From Candidatus Electronema halotolerans (lineage in GTDB: Bacteria; Desulfobacterota; Desulfobulbia; Desulfobulbales; Desulfobulbaceae), in NCBI GenBank assembly GCA_942493095.1, contig OW818675.1:750001-782000 (forward strand): a stretch of DNA of 32,000 nucleotides, given 5' to 3'. The stretch's first letter is position 1. Every line of letters begins with the position of its first letter. Under the pieces are notes generated by a model, which saw only the letters and a program-made list of their open reading frames with translations, made no database searches and was not told where the DNA came from. The translations under genes and the position numbers were made by a program. This document shows, one piece after another, positions 1-9,846 of the stretch.

Positions 1-764
1 AACACATCGGTATTCATGAGCAGTTTTTCGACTGCTTCCGTTGAAGGACGCACGCATCCGCAAAGCTCTTCCGATGCCTTCAGCAGCGAACCCTCGGAGA
101 CGGAATGCCCGGTCAGGTCTTCGATAATCTGCGCAGCCCGTTCAAGCGGAATATGATGCTGGTTCGCGAAATATGCCGCCCAAGTTTTCACCCCCGTGCC
201 GTAACGGATGCCCTGTCCGACGTTTTCCGGGAATTTGCCTCTGTTTTCCGTGCCGCAGCCGGGACAGATTTTTATTTCCGCTCGATGCGAGGTCACTTCA
301 ATCCGAATCGCCGGAATATCATAAACCTGCCGTTCCTCCTCTCCGACAGCGACGACATCCGCAAGCGACATTTTGCAAGCCGCGCATTCCTCGGGTTTAT
401 ACCTCTCCGTAGAATCCGGTGCCGCAGACCGCTCAAGAGTATGCCCTTGATGACCTGGCTGGCCGCCGTTCGGCTTCCTGCCGGACTCTCTCAGACTTTC
501 CGTTCGCTTCGCTTTACCGTATCCATCGCTCGAAGGCGGTTTCCCGCTGTTCCGACTGTTTTTCGACAGCCGGGCCTGCAAATCCTTCAATATCTCGGAC
601 TGCTTGGCTGACTGAGCGGCGAGGTTTTCAACCTGCGCAGTTATACTGCTAAACAGGGCGACGACCGCTTCTTCGCCTTCTGCGTATGCAGCACGGACTT
701 CTTTTTCACTAGGAACACTGAAATTCATAACGGCAGCATAATCTTTACCTGTTGATTTTGTCAA
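1..764 (-). CDS. IS66-family transposase, N-terminal part (3' end runs off the window)
   Basis: Nucleotides 1-792 repeat 1258-2049 nearly identically (offset 1257). The implied TTG start at 764 matches the start at 2021 in the other copy. The six-frame track shows only antisense shadow ORFs here. Confidence 0.8.
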   Translation of the reverse strand, partial: MTKSTGKDYAAVMNFSVPSEKEVRAAYAEGEEAVVALFSSITAQVENLAAQSAKQSEILKDLQARLSKNSRNSGKPPSSDGYGKAKRTESLRESGRKPNGGQPGHQGHTLERSAAPDSTERYKPEECAACKMSLADVVAVGEEERQVYDIPAIRIEVTSHRAEIKICPGCGTENRGKFPENVGQGIRYGTGVKTWAAYFANQHHIPLERAAQIIEDLTGHSVSEGSLLKASEELCGCVRPSTEAVEKLLMNTDV

Positions 765-788
765 GAGGCTTGGCGGATGCCTGAGTAG

Positions 789-2021
789 TTACGGCGGAGT
801 CTTCTTCACCCGTCCTCGTTTTTTCTCCTTAGGCGGAGTGAACGGATTGTCCGCAAAACCCCGTCGGACGATTTCATCATACCGCCGCTCAAATTCTTCG
901 ATCTTCTCCGGCGTGAAGCCGTCCCGATCCGGCTTCAGCTTTTCAGCCGCGCCTTTTATTTCAAGCAGCAGCTCGGCCATCTCGCCGGCCCAAACTTGTC
1001 CGTACTGTTTTTCTATGAACTTGAGTTCCCGGAGATGATGCGCATTGCACAGCGCATGACCGCAGTTTTCATAGCTGAAGTACGATTTCCAATGATCATG
1101 CGTCGCTGTTCCTGTGAACTTTCCAAGGATTCCCGCTGCGTCCATCGCCTCTTTTCCCCGTTTTTCATGCACCGAATAATGGGTGAGGCAGTCTGTCGAA
1201 GCGACATGCAGCCAGTGCAGCTTCCCTTTCACGCGGACTCCGCTTTCATCGGCATGTAACACATCGGTATTCATGAGCAGTTTTTCGACTGCTTCCGTTG
1301 AAGGACGCACGCATCCGCAAAGCTCTTCCGATGCCTTCAGCAGCGAACCCTCGGAGACGGAATGCCCGGTCAGGTCTTCGATAATCTGCGCAGCCCGTTC
1401 AAGCGGAATATGATGCTGGTTCGCGAAATATGCCGCCCAAGTTTTCACCCCCGTGCCGTAACGGATGCCCTGTCCGACGTTTTCCGGGAATTTGCCTCTG
1501 TTTTCCGTGCCGCAGCCGGGACAGATTTTTATTTCCGCTCGATGCGAGGTCACTTCAATCCGAATCGCCGGAATATCATAAACCTGCCGTTCCTCCTCTC
1601 CGACAGCGACGACATCCGCAAGCGACATTTTGCAAGCCGCGCATTCCTCGGATTTATACCTCTCCGTAGAATCCGGCGCCGCAGACCGCTCAAGAGTATG
1701 CCCTTGATGACCTGGCTGGCCGCCGTTCGGCTTCCTGCCGGACTCTCTCAGACTTTCCGTTCGCTTCGCTTTACCGTATCCATCGCTCGAAGGCGGTTTC
1801 CCGCTGTTCCGACTGTTTTTCGACAGCCGGGCCTGCAAATCCTTCAATATCTCGGACTGCTTGGCTGACTGAGCGGCGAGGTTTTCAACCTGCGCAGTTA
1901 TACTGCTAAACAGGGCGACGACCGCTTCTTCGCCTTCTGCGTATGCAGCACGGACTTCTTTTTCACTAGGAACACTGAAATTCATAACGGCAGCATAATC
2001 TTTACCTGTTGATTTTGTCAA
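789..2021 (-). CDS. IS66-family transposase, C-terminally truncated at ~410 aa (ends ...KKRGRVKKTPP*)
   Basis: IS66 features: N-terminal Leu-rich/'LSKNSRNSGKPPSSD', the zinc-binding 'CAACKMSL...CPGCGTENRGKFP', and DDE region 'NTDVLHADESGVRVKGKLHWLHVAST'. Lacks the usual C-terminal DDE segment with the final catalytic Glu. The stop codon lies in the adjacent element terminus. Confidence 0.9.
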   Translation of the reverse strand: MTKSTGKDYAAVMNFSVPSEKEVRAAYAEGEEAVVALFSSITAQVENLAAQSAKQSEILKDLQARLSKNSRNSGKPPSSDGYGKAKRTESLRESGRKPNGGQPGHQGHTLERSAAPDSTERYKSEECAACKMSLADVVAVGEEERQVYDIPAIRIEVTSHRAEIKICPGCGTENRGKFPENVGQGIRYGTGVKTWAAYFANQHHIPLERAAQIIEDLTGHSVSEGSLLKASEELCGCVRPSTEAVEKLLMNTDVLHADESGVRVKGKLHWLHVASTDCLTHYSVHEKRGKEAMDAAGILGKFTGTATHDHWKSYFSYENCGHALCNAHHLRELKFIEKQYGQVWAGEMAELLLEIKGAAEKLKPDRDGFTPEKIEEFERRYDEIVRRGFADNPFTPPKEKKRGRVKKTPP

Positions 2022-2215
2022 GAGGCTTGGCGGATGCCTGAGTAGTTACCAGCACTTTTCATTTACACAAACAGACCGCTGCTCGCCGATGGGGAGCCTA
2101 AATATTGAATTCCTCCCTCGAACATTTGTCAAATGGCATTTTGCAACTGAATCCGCAGTTTTTATATGCGGTCAGCTTGTCACTCACAGGAAAGGGCACA
2201 GCGGCCTGCTTCTGC

Positions 2216-3409
2216 TCACTCATGCCGGAGCGCATCAATCGGGTCAAGGCGGGCGGCTTTGAGGGCGGGAAAGTAGCCGAAGATCACGCCCACGGCGGCG
2301 GAGAAGAGGAAGGCGATGCAGATGATTTGGAGATCAGGAATAAAGGGAATGCCCATTGCTTTGGTGATCCAGAATGAAGCCGCCAAAGCTATGAGAATGC
2401 CGATCAGGCCGCCGATGGAGGACAGCACTACGGCTTCGGTCAGGAACTGTAGCAAGACTTCCTGCTCAAACGCGCCAATGGCCAGACGGATGCCGATCTC
2501 GCGGGTGCGTTCGGTCACTGAGACCAGCATGATGTTCATGATGCCGATGCCGCCGACTAAGAGACTGACTGCCGCCACCGCGCCAAGCAAGGAAGTCATG
2601 GTTTTGGTGGTGCCGGTCAGCATCGCGGCCAGCTCCTTGGTGTCCCGGATGCGGAAGTCGTCCTCCTCGCTGGCGGCCAGATGCCGACGCTTGCGCAGCA
2701 GGGCGGTCAGCTCTTTTGTCACCTGCTCGCTTGAGCCGCCGTCTGCCACGGAAAGCTGAATCGTGGCCACATCCCGATTGCCGCTGAAGCGGCGCTGCAC
2801 AGTCAGCAGCGGCATGACGATCAGGTCATCCTGATCCCGGCCCATGCTGGACTGACCTTTTTCCTGAAGCAGGCCGATCACTTGGCAGGAGACCTTGCCG
2901 AGCCGGATTTTCTGGCCCACCGGGTCTTCGCCTTGAAACAAATTCTCCCGCACCGTGCTGCCAATGACGCAGACGGCCCTGCCTGCCAGCAGCTCCACAG
3001 ATTCAAAGGTCCTGCCGCTGGCCAGCGTCCAGTTGCGGGCAATGAAAAAATCGTTGGTGCTGCCGTTGATGCTGGTTGACCAGTTGCGGTTGCCGACCAC
3101 AGCGGTGACGTTCTCGGAGCTGACCGGCGCGACCGCATTCAGCGGGCTGATTTCCTTCTGAATGGCCTGCACGTCCTGCGAAGTGAATAGAGCTGTGGAA
3201 GAAGAATGCCGCTGGCCGGGGTAGATCATCAGGAGATTGGTGCCCATGCTGGCAATCTGGGCCGCGACTTGGGCGGTGCTGCCGTTGCCGATGGTGACAA
3301 GGGTGATGACCGCGCCCACGCCGATGATAATGCCGAGCACTGTCAGCACTGAGCGCATCACGTTGCGGCGAATGGCAAGCAGAGCCAGCAGGATCGTGTT
3401 GAAGAACAT
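2216..3409 (-). CDS. macB: MacB-type ABC transporter permease (FtsX-like domain)
   Basis: '[42 protein letters not shown]', '...[28 protein letters not shown]...[21 protein letters not shown]' are MacB permease hallmarks. Confidence 0.9.
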   Translation of the reverse strand: MFFNTILLALLAIRRNVMRSVLTVLGIIIGVGAVITLVTIGNGSTAQVAAQIASMGTNLLMIYPGQRHSSSTALFTSQDVQAIQKEISPLNAVAPVSSENVTAVVGNRNWSTSINGSTNDFFIARNWTLASGRTFESVELLAGRAVCVIGSTVRENLFQGEDPVGQKIRLGKVSCQVIGLLQEKGQSSMGRDQDDLIVMPLLTVQRRFSGNRDVATIQLSVADGGSSEQVTKELTALLRKRRHLAASEEDDFRIRDTKELAAMLTGTTKTMTSLLGAVAAVSLLVGGIGIMNIMLVSVTERTREIGIRLAIGAFEQEVLLQFLTEAVVLSSIGGLIGILIALAASFWITKAMGIPFIPDLQIICIAFLFSAAVGVIFGYFPALKAARLDPIDALRHE

Positions 3410-3426
3410 TTTATTAAATAATCAAG

Positions 3427-4020
3427 CTATGATCGCATAACAAGACCTGCGATTTCTTTGCGTTGCCGTCGTCTCGCCTCGCGTTCGTACCGAAACAGCA
3501 GGTGCTTGGAGATATAACGGAAAACAGCTTTGAGCATCTCATCAGGATCAAAAGGTTTTGTCATATACAAATCGGCACCCTGTTTCTTTCCCCAAAATTC
3601 ATCTGATTTTCCGTTTTTGCTGGTGAGAAGAAAGACAGGAATTTGGGCAAGCTCAGGTGTGGATTTGATTGTCCGGCAAGCTTCAAAGCCGTTCATATTC
3701 GGCATGACCACATCAAGAATGATCAAGTCCGGCTGCTCAGACAGCGCTCTTGCAACACCTGCTTCGCCGTCTGTGGCGATGATAACTTGGTAGCCGAACT
3801 TGCTGAGGAACTTTTCAAGCAGGCTCCGTTCCGTTGGAGAGTCGTCAACAATCAGAATTCGTTTTGCCTGTCCATCATACAGACGGGCATCCTGTTGCCA
3901 ACGCTCCGAGTCAGAAACAGAAAGTTCTGCTGAGGAAAACTCCTCGACCTTTCGTTTCCAGAACTGCTTGGAGAATCGCAGAAAATCATACTCCCTCGGA
4001 ATATTGCAGATTGTTTCCAT
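3427..4020 (-). CDS. Single-domain response regulator (CheY/PilH-like receiver)
   Basis: 'KRILIVDDSPTERSLLEKFLSKFGYQVIIATDGEAGVARALSEQPDLIILDVVMPNMNGFEACRTIK...PVFLLTSK...GADLYMTKPFDPDEMLKAV'. The ORF track starts at 4095; METICN at 4020 is a likelier start. Confidence 0.88.
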   Translation of the reverse strand: METICNIPREYDFLRFSKQFWKRKVEEFSSAELSVSDSERWQQDARLYDGQAKRILIVDDSPTERSLLEKFLSKFGYQVIIATDGEAGVARALSEQPDLIILDVVMPNMNGFEACRTIKSTPELAQIPVFLLTSKNGKSDEFWGKKQGADLYMTKPFDPDEMLKAVFRYISKHLLFRYEREARRRQRKEIAGLVMRS

Positions 4021-4121
4021 TACGTCTCCTCTGTTCTTTGTTCTGCATTGCCGTTTTCTTGAAGTTATGTAGAATAGATATTCTATTTTGCGCACCCAGA
4101 CAATAGGGCGAAAAGCTCATT

Positions 4122-4847
4122 TTACCGGGCAGCTTGCTGGTCGCTTCCATCATCTGTCGCCACGTCACCATCGACAAAATGGATGATTCGTTTCGTATAT
4201 TCAGCCATTTCCGGTTCGTGCGTGACCATGACAACAGTGATGCCCTTTTCTTGATTCAGGCCGACCAGCAGTTCCATGATTTCGTGGCTGCGGGCGGTGT
4301 CGAGATTGCCGGTCGGCTCGTCAGCAAAGAGCACTGCCGGGTTGGTGACAATGGCGCGGGCAATAGCCACCCGCTGCTGCTGGCCGCCGGACAGCTCGCC
4401 CGGCGAGTGCCGCTCCCGGCCATCCAAGCCGACAATGTGCAGGGCATGGTGGGCGAGCTGCCGCCGCTGCCGGGTCGGCGTGCCGCGATACATCAGGGGC
4501 AGCTCCACGTTTTCCAAGGCTGAGGTCCGGTTGAGCAGATTGAAGCCCTGAAAGACAAAGCCAAGATAGTAGCGGCGCAGCGTGGCCAGCTCCTTCCGGT
4601 CCATCCGGCTGACCTCCAGATTGGCGAAAAAATACTGGCCCGAAGTCGGGGTGTCCAAGCAGCCGAGAATGTTCATGCAGGTGGATTTGCCGGAGCCGCT
4701 CGGCCCCATGATCGAGACAAAATCACCCTTGGCTATGTCCAAGTCAACCCCGTGCAGGGCGTATGTCAGGGCCTGACCTATGCCGTAGGACTTGGTGATG
4801 CCCCGCAGCCGGATCAGCGACGGCGCAGTTGCCGGTTCGGCAGTCAT
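4122..4847 (-). CDS. MacB/LolD-type ABC transporter ATP-binding protein
   Basis: Walker A '[13 protein letters not shown]', signature '[15 protein letters not shown]', Walker B '[13 protein letters not shown]'. Overlaps the start of the ATPase and end of the adaptor gene by 4 nt. Confidence 0.95.
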   Translation of the reverse strand: MTAEPATAPSLIRLRGITKSYGIGQALTYALHGVDLDIAKGDFVSIMGPSGSGKSTCMNILGCLDTPTSGQYFFANLEVSRMDRKELATLRRYYLGFVFQGFNLLNRTSALENVELPLMYRGTPTRQRRQLAHHALHIVGLDGRERHSPGELSGGQQQRVAIARAIVTNPAVLFADEPTGNLDTARSHEIMELLVGLNQEKGITVVMVTHEPEMAEYTKRIIHFVDGDVATDDGSDQQAAR

Positions 4848-6151
4848 GATGCGTTCCTGTCTGTGACAAGAGCAGTGACGACCTGATCACCCGCCTTGAT
4901 TTCGCCTTCGAGAATCTGGGTATTGCTGCCGTCGCTGAGGCCAGTCTTGACCGGCACCGGCTTGGGCTGATTATTTTTGCCCAGCAGCCAGACCTGCTGT
5001 GCGTCTTGATCTTCATCTGTTTGCCGCACCCGTTTTTCCCGCTGAGGAAATCTGGGGCCGGGCTTGAGGGCATCAAAGATCGAACTTTTCCGCTCCCGTT
5101 TTTTCTGGGCCTGCGGATTGAAGCGCAGGGCCGCTGCCGGAACTATCAGGGCCTGCTCCGCCTTTTGGACAACGATTTCCGCAGTGGCTGTCATGCCGGG
5201 CCGTAAAGCCAGATCGCTGTTATCGACCATCAGCACGGTCTTATAGGTGACAACTCCGTTGGTGACAGTGGAGGCAAAGCGCACTTGGCGGATTTTGGCG
5301 GAAAATTTGCGTTCAGGGTAGGCATCAACCGTGAACTGCGCCTCCTGACCCTCGCGCACTTGGCCGATGTCCGCCTCATCCACATCAACCTGCAATTCCA
5401 TCTTGGTCAGGTCTTCAGCCAGATTGAACAGGACTGGCGCGGAAAAGGAGGCGGCCACGGTCTGGCCCGGCTCAATATTGCGACTGAGGACAATACCGTT
5501 GACCGGCGAAACAATCTCGGCCTTGCCCAAGTCCGTCAAGGTCATATCCAGCTTGGCCTGCACCTCGGCCACACCCGCTGCAGCACCGGTCTTTTCTGCT
5601 CTGGCCCGCGCCGCAGCGGCCTTGGCCGCGTCAATGTCAAATTGAGACGGGGTCTTGCCGCCGCTCAGTTTCCAAATTTTTTCGAGCTGACCGAGCTTGC
5701 TCGCTGTCTCCTGTATGGTGGCCGCCGCAGAGAGCACCTTGGCGTTGGCCGTGGCCAAGGCAGCTTGGTTCTGCTTGACCTGCGCTTGGAGTTTGGAAAC
5801 ATCCAAGCGGGCCAGCACCTGCCCGGCTTCAACCTGGTCGTTGTAATCAACCAGCACCTCGTCAATGTTGCCGGATAGCTCACTGCCGACCTCGACCTGA
5901 TTGGTGGGCTGAAGAGTGCCGGTGGCGGTCACGGTCACGGTCAAATCACCACGCCGCACCTCCTCGGTCTTATACTCGACCTGCGCTGCAGACTCTCCGC
6001 TCTCCTGCTGCTGCATATAAAAATACCCGGCAGCAGCAAGGCCGCCGAGCACCAGCAGCCAGAAGATGCAGCCCAAGCCGCTTCTCCTCTTGGGCGGATG
6101 CAGCAGCAGAGACGGATCAATCTCAGGCTGCTCTTGCGGAGGTGTTTTCAT
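4844..6151 (-). CDS. macA: MacA/HlyD-type periplasmic adaptor (membrane fusion) protein
   Basis: N-terminal TM 'LGCIFWLLVLGGLAAAGYFYM', 'VTVTATGTLQPTNQVEVGSELSGNIDEVLVDYNDQVEAGQVLARLD', coiled coil, 'VSPVNGIVLSRNIEPGQTVAA'. Confidence 0.92.
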   Translation of the reverse strand: MKTPPQEQPEIDPSLLLHPPKRRSGLGCIFWLLVLGGLAAAGYFYMQQQESGESAAQVEYKTEEVRRGDLTVTVTATGTLQPTNQVEVGSELSGNIDEVLVDYNDQVEAGQVLARLDVSKLQAQVKQNQAALATANAKVLSAAATIQETASKLGQLEKIWKLSGGKTPSQFDIDAAKAAAARARAEKTGAAAGVAEVQAKLDMTLTDLGKAEIVSPVNGIVLSRNIEPGQTVAASFSAPVLFNLAEDLTKMELQVDVDEADIGQVREGQEAQFTVDAYPERKFSAKIRQVRFASTVTNGVVTYKTVLMVDNSDLALRPGMTATAEIVVQKAEQALIVPAAALRFNPQAQKKRERKSSIFDALKPGPRFPQREKRVRQTDEDQDAQQVWLLGKNNQPKPVPVKTGLSDGSNTQILEGEIKAGDQVVTALVTDRNAS

Positions 6152-6248
6152 GGCGCATTGCTCAGGTCAATGTAAAAAAACAGTCCGTCCGCCGCGCTGA
6201 TGCAAGCCGTGCAGCAGAAGGAGAAACATGGGCGGACGGACTGAACTG

Positions 6249-6737
6249 CTATTGCTCCAGCAGCAGATGCAGAAAGCGCATCTGTTTGCGCAGGTCATCG
6301 CCGACCAGCTCGCTCAAGCTCTGCTGGGCCGACTGGACAACAAGTCCTTCCTGTTTCAGCCGGGCCAAGATATGCTCCGGGCTGGTTTGGACAACTTGGG
6401 CCACTGTGCTCAACGGCACCTTGGCCAAGGCCCGCACCGGGGCGGCAAAATGCGGCTCATGTTCATTATCACCGAACGGAGCAAAACTGACTAACAGAAT
6501 CAGCACAAATGCGCCGAAAAGCACCTGTCCTTTGCGCTGGAGGATATACGTTTTAAAGGCGGAAAAATTGACCGCCAGATGAAAAACCACTGCTGCCAAG
6601 AAAACCCAGCTCAACCACTCGTGCATTTCTTTGGCCAAGCCGGGCGCGGCATGGAAAAACATGAAAACGCCTGTGACCGCCAGCAGCAGAAAGGCTCCGG
6701 CAGTAATCGGGGTGGTCCATTCACGTTTGATGCTCAT
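6249..6737 (-). CDS. DUF4405-like membrane protein
   Basis: 'MSIKREWTTPITAGAFLLLAVTGVFMFFHAAPGLAKEMHEWLSWVFLAAVVFHLAVNFSAFKTYI', the DUF4405/cytochrome-b561-like pattern. ATG at 6737 is preceded by an AGGAG-like site (rc of ctcctttg). Confidence 0.7.
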   Translation of the reverse strand: MSIKREWTTPITAGAFLLLAVTGVFMFFHAAPGLAKEMHEWLSWVFLAAVVFHLAVNFSAFKTYILQRKGQVLFGAFVLILLVSFAPFGDNEHEPHFAAPVRALAKVPLSTVAQVVQTSPEHILARLKQEGLVVQSAQQSLSELVGDDLRKQMRFLHLLLEQ

Positions 6738-6881
6738 TTTTTCTCCTTTGTGCGGATGTTGGGAAATAAGGTGTCCTGATTTTATCTGTAAAATATTATT
6801 GCCGTAATAACGAAAAACGCGCTGCTCACAACGGGCCAATACAGCAGCCTTCCGATATAGCGGTTTCGTATTGAACAGATA

Positions 6882-7514
6882 TCAAACCCAGCAATGACGG
6901 AAAAACGATTTGATTGATTTTGACTTAACCGTTTTCAGAGATATATCATAAGCTTCCATCAGCTCACGCTCTGTTCTCGGCTTCAATTTTCTTATAGTGT
7001 TTTTCATTACTGACCAGCAGTATTCAATAGGGTTCAGTTCAGGACGATAAGGAGGGAGGAAAATGATCTTCGCTCCTGTACTTCTGATCAAAGCGAGAGC
7101 TTCTTTGTTTTTATGAGGACTGGCATTGTCAAGAACGACTGTCTTGCTGCTGTCAAGATATTTCAAAAGATAATTTTTTATATAGAAATAAAAGACATCT
7201 CCTGTCATGGTGCCTTTAAATTTCATGCACTTCAATATTTTTCCAAACTTTACAGCTCCTATCATGCTTATTCTTTTCCCTTTACCTGAAGGTCTTTTTG
7301 AAAAAGCTCTTGTTCCTTTTCTTGATCTTGCAAATTTTCTCGACATGTTCAAACAGCATCCTGTCTCATCAATAAAGATGAAATTCTTTTTGTCAGCCTC
7401 GATCAGGCCTGCAAGGTAATTAACTGTCTTTGCTATATTTTCCTCTTTATACGCCGCCGGATCGCGGAAAGTTTTTTTTTCCGGCTGATTTTCAGTCTGG
7501 CGAGAGTTTCGCAC
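6882..7514 (-). CDS. IS630 transposase C-terminal half (DDE domain), copy 1
   Basis: 'FIFIDETGCCLNMSR...VVLDNASPHKNKEALALIRSTGAKIIFLPPYRPELNPIEYCWSVMK', the classical IS630 DDE motifs. Confidence 0.93.
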   Translation of the reverse strand: MRNSRQTENQPEKKTFRDPAAYKEENIAKTVNYLAGLIEADKKNFIFIDETGCCLNMSRKFARSRKGTRAFSKRPSGKGKRISMIGAVKFGKILKCMKFKGTMTGDVFYFYIKNYLLKYLDSSKTVVLDNASPHKNKEALALIRSTGAKIIFLPPYRPELNPIEYCWSVMKNTIRKLKPRTERELMEAYDISLKTVKSKSIKSFFRHCWV

Positions 7515-7816
7515 AGCGTGGAAGGTGCTATTTTTAAATTGAATTTCTCGTATAAGCGATCACACATCTCTTCAAGCGTAAGATCGTTCTCGTCATCAAT
7601 CATGCTGGTCAGAAAAGGCATATGAACTTCCTTGATTTTCGGAGGATTTCCGCCTTTATGAGGCTTCGGCTCAAGCGTCCCCTCAGTCTTCCATCTTTTT
7701 ACAAGACTTTGAACAAATTTATAGGAAACGTCAAGCAAATCTGCAGTTCTTCTCAATGATTTCTGTTTTTCATAAACAGACAAGACTTTCTTTCTGAAAT
7801 CAATAGAATAAATCAT
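7433..7816 (-). CDS. IS630 transposase N-terminal half (HTH), copy 1; fused in-frame to an upstream host ORF in the six-frame track (7433..9211)
   Basis: 'MIYSIDFRKKVLSVYEKQKSLRRTADLLDVSYKFVQSLVKRWKTEG...LTLEEMCDRLYEKFNLKIAPSTLCETLARLKISRKKK' ends in an A-rich shift site. Confidence 0.9.
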   Translation of the reverse strand: MIYSIDFRKKVLSVYEKQKSLRRTADLLDVSYKFVQSLVKRWKTEGTLEPKPHKGGNPPKIKEVHMPFLTSMIDDENDLTLEEMCDRLYEKFNLKIAPSTLCETLARLKISRKKKLSAIRRRIKRKI

Positions 7817-9383
7817 GGCAGACCTCCGTGTGTAAAAAAATGGAAAAAACAGACAAGTCAAGTTTAATCTTTTTCTGATAACCATACAACCTGAAACCGC
7901 TATATACAGTAGTTTATTTTTATATATGTTGTCATCCTTATATAAAAGCATTGACGAAACCACGAGTGCTGATAACACCATGTATGTAGTTATGTAAAAA
8001 TATTCTAAATAAAACATGCCATAAACAGCAATGTCATTCCTTGCGTTGACATGCGCAACAACAATGGCAAAAAACATTCCGCTGCACATGCTTAATAAAC
8101 TTTTTTGATCTGATTCAATAAAAATAAATGCAAAAAGCATCATATAGACAACTGTAAGTGGAACTATATTTGATATAAAAGCATTAAGAAATGCTCTCTT
8201 TGCAGAGACAAAAAAGGAAAATAAAGGAAAATTTTTTTTTGATACAGTTTCTTCTATGCCAAAGTTTGTATTGTTAATTTTATTTACAAAAACAAATCCG
8301 CTGCTTGTAATTCTCCATCCTGGCAAAAATATTTTACTATCAAGACCTGGCTTTAATGTTGAAATGATATATTTATACGACTCGAAGTCAGGGACAAGAA
8401 CAATATTATGGTTTAAATCCTTATGGGTAATTTTAAGAAAGAACTTACTGTTATCTATAGGGTATTTCGAGTAATCAACATCATCTCTTATGGAAGCAGA
8501 AAATGACCATCGAACTATTTCTTCATTTCTCTGCTTCTGCCTGAGAACTTCTGTAATATTTGATTCAGCAGCTCCAATAAATGTTATACCTCTTGAAATG
8601 AAATCATGATATCCTATGGTATATTTCTGCCATATATATCCTGTTAGTTCAATTTCGTTTGGATTGGCGAATTTGATTGTTTCTATATAAATACCAGTCG
8701 GCAGATAAACAGGTAATTCAAGATGATTATCTCGGCAGAGTCTGAAATAATCTTTTTTTGCCTTCTCCCGTGCGCCATAAGAGTCAATTTTTTTGATATC
8801 TTTATCAAAATATTGATAGTAATTAAAATAAATATTCCATATAAATCCTATTCCTGCTAAAAGCAGCATTGACGATGAAATGGAAAATATCCATTTCTTT
8901 TTATATTCATCTATCGGCAACGCATAAAGAGATAAAGCGCATAAAGAGATAAGAAAAAGGATTGAGCTGACAAGTATTTTTATTTCCTTCTTTTTGAGTA
9001 TATTTTTATCTATCAGGATATCCTTCTTTAAAAAAGTAACTTGAAGAGACCATCCTGTAGAAGGAACTGGTTCCCATACCAGCCAAGCAGGTTCTTGAGT
9101 TGAAACACTGATATGATTAACAAATCCACCCTTCAGTTCCTTCGCCTGCTGTGCAATTAATATCCGGTCTTTATCATTCTCTTCTTTGGCAACATCAATA
9201 ATGTTGCGCATGTTTGTAACATATTCTTTAGTTGGATGGTAAATATAGTTGCCGTTTTTAGTTGTTGCAGCGGGAAATCCATTTTGGCCGAGATCAATAG
9301 CGGTTTCAGGTTGTATGGTTATCAGAAAAAGATTAAACTTGACTTGTCTGTTTTTTCCATTTTTTCACACACGGAGGTCTGCC

Positions 9384-9752
9384 ATGATTTATTCTATTGA
9401 TTTCAGAAAGAAAGTCTTGTCTGTTTATGAAAAACAGAAATCATTGAGAAGAACTGCAGATTTGCTTGACGTTTCCTATAAATTTGTTCAACGTCTTGTA
9501 AAAAGATGGAAGACTGAGGGGACGATTGAGCCGAAGCCTCATAAAGGCGGAAATCCTCCGAAAATCAAGGAAGTTCATATTCCTTTTCTGACCAGCATGA
9601 TTGATGACGAGAACGATCTTACGCTTGAAGAGATGTGTGATCGCTTATACGAGAAATTCAATTTAAAAATAGTACCTTCCACGCTGTGCGAAACTCTCGC
9701 CAGACTGAAAATCAGCCGGAAAAAAAACTTTCCGCGATCCGGCGGCGTATAA
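9384..9752 (+). CDS. IS630 transposase N-terminal half, copy 2
   Basis: Same protein as copy 1 with a few substitutions. Terminates as '...RKKNFPRSGGV*' after the A-tract. Confidence 0.9.
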   Translation: MIYSIDFRKKVLSVYEKQKSLRRTADLLDVSYKFVQRLVKRWKTEGTIEPKPHKGGNPPKIKEVHIPFLTSMIDDENDLTLEEMCDRLYEKFNLKIVPSTLCETLARLKISRKKNFPRSGGV

Positions 9753-9846
9753 AGAGGAAAATATAGCAAAGACAGTTAATTACCTTGCAGGCCTGATCGA
9801 GGCTGACAAAAAGAATTTCATCTTTATTGATGAGACAGGATGCTGT

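Larger units (their letters stand above)
1..2049 (-). mobile_element. Two same-orientation IS66-type element copies (tandem or self-nested)
   Basis: Direct repeat 1-792 / 1258-2049. Both copies begin with the terminus-like 5'-GTAACTACTCAGGCATCCGCC (minus strand) at 2049 and 792. Confidence 0.75.
6860..7900 (-). mobile_element. IS630-family element copy 1 (1041 bp)
   Basis: Terminal inverted repeat GCGGTTTC...GAAACCGC flanked by TA on both sides. Contains the two-frame IS630 transposase. Near-identical inverted copy at 9300-10339. Confidence 0.92.

Noticed and set aside
105-611. Plus-strand 168-aa ORF, repeated at 1362-1868
   Set aside because: Antisense shadow of the IS66 transposase; its duplication only reflects the transposase duplication.
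9249-9383. Upstream extension of the IS630 copy 2 ORF (MPFLVVAAGNPFWPRSIAV...)
   Set aside because: This is the antisense of the interrupted dCache gene plus the IS terminus. The transposase start is at 9384.
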